Positions 8,197-15,760 of a DNA stretch of 42,956 nucleotides are shown here, one piece after another (positions within the stretch are counted from its first letter, which is position 1; every line of letters begins with the position of its first letter). This stretch comes from Actinomycetota bacterium (lineage in GTDB: Bacteria > Actinomycetota > Actinomycetes > S36-B12). The DNA is taken from contig JAUSQD010000106.1 in NCBI GenBank assembly GCA_030652695.1, positions 1 through 42,956 on the forward strand. The letters are read 5' to 3'. Position numbers and translations under genes: made by a program. Under the pieces are notes generated by a model that was given only the letters and a program-made list of their open reading frames with translations, searched no databases and was not told the DNA's origin.

Positions 8197-8388
8197 GTGA
8201 GCTCCTCTGGTGGATGCGGGCGCAAGTGGAGCTCCCACGCGGCCTTGGACGTGCAATGCAGAGTATGCGTTCCCAGATCCAGAACCCAAAAAATCAAACT
8301 GGCGATGATTGACACCAATCCGCCCCTGCCGTGGCTACGAACTCCCCTGTGAAAGCACCACCCATCACTCATCCACTGGGAGTCACTT

Positions 8389-9435
8389 GTGAAAACTTCA
8401 ACCAAGACAGCGATTGCGGGAGCAGGTGCTGCCACGCTCGTTCTTGCGTTCGCAGGACCACAGCTCATCGCAGGGGCTGCTGACCACCTCGATGCGCCGG
8501 GCCTCACTGCACCCTCGGGTCGCGCAGACGCAGATATCACCGACATGTACGCATTCCAAGGCAAGAATCCAAAGAACACCGTGCTGGTCATGAACACCGG
8601 GCCCGGCGCTGGCGCAATCGCTCCCCTTGATTACGGCAGCGATGTGCAATATGTGATCTCCGTTGACAAGAACGGTGACGCAAAGCGCGACGAGGCATTC
8701 GTCTTCCGCTTCGGAGCAGGCAACAAGACTGGCAAGGGTCAGGCGTACACCGTCACGAAGTACGTCGGAGCCAACGCTGGTTCGCTCAAGAAGGGCAGCA
8801 TTGTCACGACGGGCGTCACCGGCACCACGAAGATGATCGGCAAGAGCTCAAAGGTCTTCGCGGGCCTTCGCTCTGATCCCTTCTTCTTTGACCTTGATGC
8901 TTTCCAGGGCGCAGTTGGCGGCAACGGCAACGGCCGCACCTTCTGTGACGCAAAGGCGACCGACTTCTTTGCACCGCTGAACGTCAACTCGATCGTGCTT
9001 GAGGTTCCCGACAGTTCACTCGGAAAGAACATCGGCGTATGGGGCATGACCGTGCAGCCAAGTGGTCGCGTTGACCGCATGGGTCGTCCGGCCATCAACA
9101 CGGTGTTCAACAAGGGCGCAGACAAGAACGCGTTCAACGTGACACTGCCAGTGAACGATCCAGCGCTGTACCGCACCAATGTGATCAACACGCTGAAGGC
9201 CCTCGGAAAGTACACCGATGAAGCAGCCGGCAAGTTGGCCGACGTTCTGCTGCCAGACATCTTGACCTACGACACCAGCACCAAGGCCGCTGGTCCTCTC
9301 AATGGTCGCGCACTTGGCGATGACGTCATCGATGCCGAACTCGGCATTGTCACTCAAGGCGGAATCAAGGGTGACTGCGTAGCAGCTCACACCGACTACA
9401 GCACTTCGTTCCCTTACCTGGGCGCAGCGCACTAG
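8389..9435 (+). CDS. Secreted DUF4331-like protein
   Basis: It has a signal peptide, then HLDAPG, DITDMYAF, LRSDPFFFDLDAF and GRPAINTVF. I associate these motifs with DUF4331. GGGAG lies 7 nt upstream of the GTG start. Confidence 0.7.
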   Translation: MKTSTKTAIAGAGAATLVLAFAGPQLIAGAADHLDAPGLTAPSGRADADITDMYAFQGKNPKNTVLVMNTGPGAGAIAPLDYGSDVQYVISVDKNGDAKRDEAFVFRFGAGNKTGKGQAYTVTKYVGANAGSLKKGSIVTTGVTGTTKMIGKSSKVFAGLRSDPFFFDLDAFQGAVGGNGNGRTFCDAKATDFFAPLNVNSIVLEVPDSSLGKNIGVWGMTVQPSGRVDRMGRPAINTVFNKGADKNAFNVTLPVNDPALYRTNVINTLKALGKYTDEAAGKLADVLLPDILTYDTSTKAAGPLNGRALGDDVIDAELGIVTQGGIKGDCVAAHTDYSTSFPYLGAAH

Positions 9436-9443
9436 TCAGCTTG

Positions 9444-9479
9444 GGAGGTGGTGGTGAGCCCATGCTCATCGCCACCTCC
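9444..9479 (+). other. Intercistronic stem-loop between the DUF4331 gene and the TPR gene
   Basis: GGAGGTGGTG (9444-9453) pairs with CGCCACCTCC (9470-9479), giving 10 bp including one G-U pair. An inner GAGC/GCTC pairing lies within the 16-nt loop. No T-tract follows. Confidence 0.35.
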
Positions 9480-9521
9480 ACCCCAGTTTCGAAATGAGAC
9501 CAAAGCCGAGAGGTCACCACC

Positions 9522-11033
9522 GTGCCGACGATCACCCCCAGCTCGCAAGGTTCAGCAGCTCATGAACACCCACACCCGCATCCACACGGACACGGACATG
9601 GGGATGACCACATTCATGGCGATGATGATGGACACGGTCCACATCGCGAGTCGCGCAGCCGTTTTCTTGGACCTGCTGCAGCAGTCATTGGGATATCAGT
9701 CGTCTTGGTCGCCCTTGGCTACTTCGTTCGATCCGAAGGCCCTGAGAGCGCTCCCTACGCAGAGTTCACGCTCTCTGATGCTGCCGATGTCACCACGCCA
9801 CCGCTGCCCGCGACTACGGGCAGCGGCATCACACTCGCGGACAATGCGACGCAGCAGACCATTGACCGACTTCAAGCCAGCACCGCAGCTTCAGCCACCT
9901 CGGGCCAACTGGGCCTGCTCGCTCGGCTGCTGCTCCAACGCGCTGCAGTGACAGGCGACGCAACCGCATACACGCGAGCCCTGGCAACATTGGACCGCGC
10001 AGTAGCACTAGCCCCAAACAATCTCGACATTCGCGCGCAACGAGCATCGGCTCGCATCACCACCCACGAGTTCATCGCAGCAGGGCGAGACGCAGAGCGA
10101 GTACTGGCAAGCAACCCTGATCATCCAGGTGGCCTCGCGGCTGGATTTGACGCTGCACTGGAAACCGGCAACATCTCCTTGGCACAGCGCCACCTGGCTC
10201 GGCTCGTCCGGCTTGCCCCTGAGTCACCACAGGTTCTCTACCGTCAATCTCGGTGGGCTGAATTGAACGGCAACACGGCGCAGGCAGCAGCGTTTGCCTC
10301 CCAGGCCCGCATCGCTGCTGAAGACGCCGGCCTTGTGGGGACCAGTCGCGCCAGCTACGAATTGCTTGCCGGAAAGCTTGCGATCGACGAAGGCAACTAC
10401 CCCATCGCCATCAGTGCCTACGAGGCGGCACTTGTGGCGGCACCTGGATGGCACGCAGCCCTTGCCGGTCTCGGACGAGCGCAAGCGGCGGCCGGCGATT
10501 TGCGCAGCGCGGAACAGTCGCTGAGCAAATCGTCCGATGCGCTTCCGCTGCCGGACACTCTGAGCTCGCTCGGAGATGTGCGCACTGCCCTTGGCGACAT
10601 TGCCGGAGCCAAAGTCGCGTACGGAACTGTCGATGTGGTTGCGCAGTTGGAGTCAGTGCATCAACTCTTCAACCGGGCCATCGTTGTCTCACAGGCTGAT
10701 CGGGGAATCAACACCGCATCCGCCGTTCGCGATGCTCGTGCCGAGTTGAAGACGCGCAAGGACGTCTACGGATACGACGCACTTGCCTGGGCATTGCTTG
10801 CCAACGGTCAGCCGAAGCAGGCAGTGCAGTTCGCCGACGCATCTCTTGCGCTCGGAACCAAGGATCCGCGCCTGCTCGCACACGCTGGGTTGGTCTATGC
10901 GGCAGCCGGTGAAGTCACCAAGGCCAAGGCCTCACTGACTCGGGCCCTTGAGCTGAGCCCGAGCTTTGAGCCCGTGCTTGTCGAACGAGCCAAGGTTGCT
11001 CTATCTCAGCTCAACGCAGGAGTTGCAGCGTGA
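9522..11033 (+). CDS. Single-pass membrane protein with a His-rich N-terminal tail and an extracytoplasmic TPR-like repeat domain
   Basis: The N-terminus reads HEHPHPHPHGHGHGDDHIHGDDDGHGPH. Next come RESRSRF and a TM helix (AAAVIGISVVLVALGYFV). About 430 aa of Ala/Leu-rich repeats of TPR type follow. It has a GTG start with GAGAGG upstream. Confidence 0.6.
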   Translation: MPTITPSSQGSAAHEHPHPHPHGHGHGDDHIHGDDDGHGPHRESRSRFLGPAAAVIGISVVLVALGYFVRSEGPESAPYAEFTLSDAADVTTPPLPATTGSGITLADNATQQTIDRLQASTAASATSGQLGLLARLLLQRAAVTGDATAYTRALATLDRAVALAPNNLDIRAQRASARITTHEFIAAGRDAERVLASNPDHPGGLAAGFDAALETGNISLAQRHLARLVRLAPESPQVLYRQSRWAELNGNTAQAAAFASQARIAAEDAGLVGTSRASYELLAGKLAIDEGNYPIAISAYEAALVAAPGWHAALAGLGRAQAAAGDLRSAEQSLSKSSDALPLPDTLSSLGDVRTALGDIAGAKVAYGTVDVVAQLESVHQLFNRAIVVSQADRGINTASAVRDARAELKTRKDVYGYDALAWALLANGQPKQAVQFADASLALGTKDPRLLAHAGLVYAAAGEVTKAKASLTRALELSPSFEPVLVERAKVALSQLNAGVAA

Positions 11034-12655
11034 AGCGGCGGATCGCCTCTGCGATGCTCGGCACAGTTGCCGCAGGCGCATTCGCCGCAATAGCGATGGC
11101 ACCGGTCGCCTCTGCGCATCCGCTGGGCAACTTCACCCACAACACCTACGTGGGCTTTGCGATCAGCCCAGATCGCATCCAAGCCGATCACGTGCTTGAT
11201 CTGGCCGAGATTCCCAGCTTCCAGGCGCGCAGTGGCATGGACGCCAATGGCGACGGATCCCCATCGGCCGCCGAATCCCAGGCTTGGGCAGATGCTCGGT
11301 GCCTGGCAGCTGCGAGCCAGATCAAGGCATCGACAGATCTGGGAGCAGTGAACTGGTCAGTCGGCAAATCAACCATCACCTTTCCGCAGGGCCAGGCCGG
11401 ACTGTCCACCACGCGGCTGGTCTGCGCATATGAGGCGGCGATTGCTGATGCCAGTTCATTCAGCGCAGTCGTGTCAATTGAAGAGGGCCGCACCGGATGG
11501 CATGAGATCACGGCTCGAGGCGAGGGCGTTCGCCTCAGCGCCGACGTGCCCACCACATCAACGAGTGCCCGTCTGACCGCCTACCCAGTTGATGCCAGTC
11601 CAGCGGACTTCACCACTGTTCAGGCGCGGTGGAACGGCGCCGCTCCAGTTGCTGCAGGCACGACCACTCAAGAAGTCCAAGCCCCAGCTCCAGCCGTTGA
11701 GTCAACTACCGCTGCCGCAGCCACGACGATCGCTCCCTTTGGTCTGGACGGACCTACACAGGCCTTCACCAACCTCATCAGCGAGCAGGACCTGACTGTG
11801 GGCTTTGGGCTCCTGGCGTTGTTGATCGCGATCGGGCTGGGGGGGCTGCACGCTTTGGCCCCAGGTCACGGAAAGACCTTGATGGCTGCCTCGCTGATTG
11901 GCACCAACGGACGCAAGCGTGATGCCGTGGTGCTGGGTGCTTCGGTCACCACAGCACACACTGCAGGTGTTGTAGCCCTGGCGCTGGTGCTTTCGATCTC
12001 ATCCGCATTCGCTGCCGAATCGACCTACCCGTGGCTGGGATTGTTCAGCGCTGTGCTTGCAATCGGCGTTGGTGTCAGCTTGTTGCGCCAGGCTCGGCGG
12101 GGCGGGGGATTGGGCCACCACCACGGTCTCGGCGGTGGACACTCACACGGCACCCACGCACATGTTCATCACGACCACGACGATCATCATGACCACGGTT
12201 CAGATCATCCGCACCCGCATGACGAGTCACCTCACCCGCACCCTCACGCACACCCACACGAACAGACGGCCGGCTCCTTGGCCCTGGCCACGTCAGTGTC
12301 AGCTGCTCCGGCAGTCACGACGACTCCCCGCAACCGCCGCATCATCGCGCTGGGTTTGGCCGGTGGCATGGTTCCCTCCCCGTCGGCGGTGGTCATTCTG
12401 CTGGCTGGATTTGCACTGGGGCGTGCGTGGTTCGCCTTGCTTTTGGTGTTGGCGTACGGGATCGGCATGGCACTGACCCTTTGCTTCACTGGTCTGCTGC
12501 TGGTACACGCCGGCAATCTCTCAGAGCGCGTCGTCGCAGGAACTGCAGTGCCGCGTCCGGTTGCCGCCGTACTGAAGCATTTGCCGTTGATCGCTGCGAT
12601 CACCGTCGTTGCCGCTGGCATCTGGCTCGCAGTGCGGAGTCTTGTCGCCCTGTAG
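11030..12655 (+). CDS. RcnA/NicO-type nickel/cobalt transporter family protein fused to an N-terminal ectodomain, with a His-rich loop
   Basis: The signal peptide ends in VASA. An ectodomain of about 240 aa begins HPLGNFTHNTY. The membrane core carries GLHALAPGHGKTLMAA. A His-rich loop (GHHHGLGGGHSHGTHAHVHHDHDDHHDHGSDHPHPHDESPHPHPHAHPH) splits the core. The start overlaps the upstream stop as GTGA. Confidence 0.7.
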   Translation: MKRRIASAMLGTVAAGAFAAIAMAPVASAHPLGNFTHNTYVGFAISPDRIQADHVLDLAEIPSFQARSGMDANGDGSPSAAESQAWADARCLAAASQIKASTDLGAVNWSVGKSTITFPQGQAGLSTTRLVCAYEAAIADASSFSAVVSIEEGRTGWHEITARGEGVRLSADVPTTSTSARLTAYPVDASPADFTTVQARWNGAAPVAAGTTTQEVQAPAPAVESTTAAAATTIAPFGLDGPTQAFTNLISEQDLTVGFGLLALLIAIGLGGLHALAPGHGKTLMAASLIGTNGRKRDAVVLGASVTTAHTAGVVALALVLSISSAFAAESTYPWLGLFSAVLAIGVGVSLLRQARRGGGLGHHHGLGGGHSHGTHAHVHHDHDDHHDHGSDHPHPHDESPHPHPHAHPHEQTAGSLALATSVSAAPAVTTTPRNRRIIALGLAGGMVPSPSAVVILLAGFALGRAWFALLLVLAYGIGMALTLCFTGLLLVHAGNLSERVVAGTAVPRPVAAVLKHLPLIAAITVVAAGIWLAVRSLVAL

Positions 12656-12741
12656 ACCAGCGCGCCTGGGAAGCACCACGTCGAATGGCCGATATTCGGA
12701 CAGATCACATCTGCTCACGAATCATCTGGGCGACAGCAGGG

Positions 12742-14226
12742 GTGATAAACGTTTACTCTGGTCCAGTGAGATCCCGCTCGGCAGCGCCACAACAGTCAGG
12801 CTTCTCGCGTCTTTGGTGGGCAACAGCTATCGGCGGAGGCATCGCAATCGTGGCGATTGCGATCTTGCCTGTTGACTCATTTCAGCGTTCGTTTGTGGCT
12901 CGCGGACTAGGTATCGCGGCCATTGCTCTGTTCTTCTATGCAATGACATCACTGCCTTCAGCCGTGCGCAAGATCTGGCTCTGGGTCGGGGTATTTCTCG
13001 TCATCACCGTGATCGCTGACATGATCTTTGACTACCAGGCGCTGGTCTTGGAAGTTCGGCCCTTCCCGGGCATCACGGATGTCCTGTACATCTCGGCATT
13101 CATCTGCGCAGTGACAGGTCTCATCAAGCTGTCTCGCTTGTTGAATCCTCGTGCAGATGTTGCCGCCTGGATTGACATCTCAATCATGGTGATTGCTGCC
13201 TCCGCATTCATCGGAATCTTCGTGATCAACTCAATGTGGGAAACGAGTGAAGTCTTCAGCATCACCAGTGCTCTGGATTTAATCTACCCACTGCTTTCAC
13301 TTCTTCTGCTGACTGCATTGGTGCGCTTGTTCATTCTGCCGCACTCACGAAATATTGCCATCACATTGCTCGGTGCATCATGTGTGTGCTTCCTGGCGTG
13401 CGATTTGATTTTCAGCAACCAGCTCATTGTGGGACGCACACCTGTCGTCGCCATTGAGGTGCTGTGGGCAGCAGCGCTCATCTGCCTGCCTCTCGCAGTC
13501 ATGTCGCCCGGAGCCTCGCAGTTCACGCCGGTTGACTCAAGACGAGCGAGCGAGGTCACCCCGACTCGACAGGTGCTCATCGGCGTGAGCGCGATTGGCG
13601 TCCCAGCAGTGGTGCTCGTGGAACTCCTGCTGACTGGGACTCTGGTGGCGAATTGGCTGCTCCCAGTGATCATCGTGATGGTTGCGCTTGTGCTGTTGCG
13701 GCTGCACCTGCTGCTGCGCGCTTCACAGCGACAGACAACAGCCCTCGCGGCTCTGGCCTTCACCGACGCACTCACCGGCCTGCCCAATAAGCAGGGCTGG
13801 GATCTTCGCGTGCAAGAGCTGCTTTCGCAAGTGCGCGAAGGCAGCGATGTATGCACAATTGCGATGCTCGACATTGACAATTTTACTGGGCATCGCGAAT
13901 CGAAATCACAACACCAGGTTGACCTGCTCTTGATTTCCGCCAGCCTTGCCTGGCTTGCGGAGTTGTCCGTCGAAGATGTGCTGGCCAGATGCGGCATGGA
14001 CGAGTTTGCACTCTTGATTCGACGCTCGTCCCTTGCAGAAACTCAGGAGGTCTTGCGCCGAGTCCTGCGTTCAACTCCAGCTGACCTTTCGGTCTCGGTC
14101 GGCGCCGCGCTGCTTCGTCAGGACGAAGACCCAGCTCAAGCCCAGGCACGCGCCTCCAGCGCGCTGTATGCGGCGATGGCCGAGGTCCAGCCCATGTCAG
14201 ACATTGAGCAGCCCATTCCTAGCTAA
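12742..14226 (+). CDS. Polytopic membrane protein with a degenerate C-terminal GGDEF domain (CGMDEF)
   Basis: It has about 9-10 TM helices, then DALTGLPN, MLDIDNF, RCGMDEFALL, SVGAA and ALYAAM. I chose the GTG at 12742 because the start context (cagcaggg GTG ..aaac.tttactctg) is duplicated at the paralog's start at 14268. The ORF-track start at 12427 lies inside the upstream gene. Confidence 0.7.
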   Translation: MINVYSGPVRSRSAAPQQSGFSRLWWATAIGGGIAIVAIAILPVDSFQRSFVARGLGIAAIALFFYAMTSLPSAVRKIWLWVGVFLVITVIADMIFDYQALVLEVRPFPGITDVLYISAFICAVTGLIKLSRLLNPRADVAAWIDISIMVIAASAFIGIFVINSMWETSEVFSITSALDLIYPLLSLLLLTALVRLFILPHSRNIAITLLGASCVCFLACDLIFSNQLIVGRTPVVAIEVLWAAALICLPLAVMSPGASQFTPVDSRRASEVTPTRQVLIGVSAIGVPAVVLVELLLTGTLVANWLLPVIIVMVALVLLRLHLLLRASQRQTTALAALAFTDALTGLPNKQGWDLRVQELLSQVREGSDVCTIAMLDIDNFTGHRESKSQHQVDLLLISASLAWLAELSVEDVLARCGMDEFALLIRRSSLAETQEVLRRVLRSTPADLSVSVGAALLRQDEDPAQAQARASSALYAAMAEVQPMSDIEQPIPS

Positions 14227-14267
14227 GCCCGCACATTTCACCCCAAAACAGGGGGGCAGCAGGCAGG

Positions 14268-15755
14268 GTGTCAAACCTTTACTCTGAGCACGTGACATCA
14301 CGCCAATCGCTTGCGGACACCAATGGCTTCTCGCGCCAGTGGTGGATCACCGCAATTGGCGGGGCATTGGTCCTGGTTTCGCTTGCCTTCATTGACGTGG
14401 ACTCTGTCGAGAGAGCGGTGCTTGGTCGTGTCGCGGGCATGGTGGCGAGCGTCATCCTGCTGGGCGCCATCTTGACCATGCCAAAATCAGTCAGATCAGT
14501 GTGGTTGTGCATGGGCACCTTCTTGTTGCTCACGGCTATCGCTGACGTGATCTACGACTATCAAGACCTGATACTGGAGATATCGGCATTCCCCGGTATT
14601 GCCGACGGGTTCTACCTGGTGTCCTACATCTTTGCGATTACTGCGCTGTTCCTGCTCGCCCGCAAGATGAATCCTGGCGCTGACTTGTCGTCATGGATCG
14701 ACATTCTGATCATGTTCGTCGCGGCCTGCGCAATCGTCGGGGCCTTTGTGATCGCGCCTGGCTGGACTTCGACTACGCAGATGGATCTGCCAACCATTTT
14801 GTGGCTGACCTATCCCCTCCTCGATCTCGTGCTGCTGGCAGCACTGACTCGCTTGCTGATGCTCCCGCACGCGCGCAACCCTGCCATCAGTCTGCTGGCA
14901 GTTTCCATGGCACTCTTCCTTGCCTACGACTTGCTGTTCAACAACCAGTTGCTGTCTGCCGACTGGACCCCTGCCAATGCGATGGAGTTGGTCTGGTCGG
15001 CTGCCTACCTCTGCCTTGCGCTGGCCGCATTGTCCCCGGGAGCACGGCAGTTCGTGCCCGTGGATCCTTCACGCGTAGGCGTGGTGACCACCACTCGGCA
15101 ACTCATGATCGGGATTGCCGTGCTGGCAGTGCCGGCCATCATCCTTCTGGAACTGAGCATCGCAGGCGAAGTGGTGTTGTACTGGCTGGTGCCTGGGATC
15201 GTGCTCTTGCTCGCTCTTGTGCTGATCCGGATGCACTTATTGCTGCGCACCTCACAGCGACAGGCCTCTGCGTTGGACGAGCTTGACCGAAAGGATCTCC
15301 TTACTGGTCTACCGAATCGCACCACGTGGAACACTCAACTCAGTTCACGAGTCTCATCCACGTCGGAGACTGGCACGGTGATCACGATCGCCATTGTGAG
15401 CATCGACAATTTCACTGAATTGCGGCAGGCCAAGAGCCAGCACATTGGTGATCTCCTGATCATCTCCGCCACGATCGCCTGGCTCGGCGAACTCACATCG
15501 ACCGATGTGCTCGCGAAGTACACGGACAATGAGTTTGCCGTCCTCATTCAACGCGATTCTGTCGCGCAGACTCAGGAAGTCCTGCGGCGCCTGCTCCGGG
15601 CAAGCCCGCAGGGCATGCACGTTTCCTCCGGTGCTGCACTCCTGCGCGCTGACGAGGAACCGGTTGAAGCCGAAAGACGAGCAGCAAAATCACTGCGTGC
15701 ATCGCAATCCGGCAGCGCGATTCAGTCCGCGTTGGATGAGAACATCACGAACTGA
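14268..15755 (+). CDS. Paralogous polytopic membrane protein with a more degenerate GGDEF domain (YTDNEF)
   Basis: It has the same architecture as the upstream gene and aligns with it along its full length by eye. Its motifs are DLLTGLPN, IVSIDNF, KYTDNEFAVL, SSGAA. Confidence 0.7.
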   Translation: MSNLYSEHVTSRQSLADTNGFSRQWWITAIGGALVLVSLAFIDVDSVERAVLGRVAGMVASVILLGAILTMPKSVRSVWLCMGTFLLLTAIADVIYDYQDLILEISAFPGIADGFYLVSYIFAITALFLLARKMNPGADLSSWIDILIMFVAACAIVGAFVIAPGWTSTTQMDLPTILWLTYPLLDLVLLAALTRLLMLPHARNPAISLLAVSMALFLAYDLLFNNQLLSADWTPANAMELVWSAAYLCLALAALSPGARQFVPVDPSRVGVVTTTRQLMIGIAVLAVPAIILLELSIAGEVVLYWLVPGIVLLLALVLIRMHLLLRTSQRQASALDELDRKDLLTGLPNRTTWNTQLSSRVSSTSETGTVITIAIVSIDNFTELRQAKSQHIGDLLIISATIAWLGELTSTDVLAKYTDNEFAVLIQRDSVAQTQEVLRRLLRASPQGMHVSSGAALLRADEEPVEAERRAAKSLRASQSGSAIQSALDENITN

Positions 15756-15760
15756 TCGCC

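Noticed and set aside
8292-8310. Possible metalloregulator box (AATCA-N9-TGATT) between the DM13 gene and the DUF4331 operon
   Set aside because: It has only 5-bp arms. It does not resemble the Zur, Nur, Fur or NikR consensus sequences as I remember them, and could easily arise by chance.
9448-9951. 167-aa ORF overlapping the start of the TPR gene in another frame
   Set aside because: It is an alternative reading of the His-rich repeat DNA. The frame starting at 9522 yields a coherent His-tail, TM helix and TPR architecture and is coupled to the downstream gene.
12427-12741. Upstream extension of the first GGDEF-like ORF
   Set aside because: It lies inside the NicO-type gene in another frame. 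The duplicated start context shared with the paralog supports the GTG at 12742. The ATG at 12685 remains a weaker alternative.
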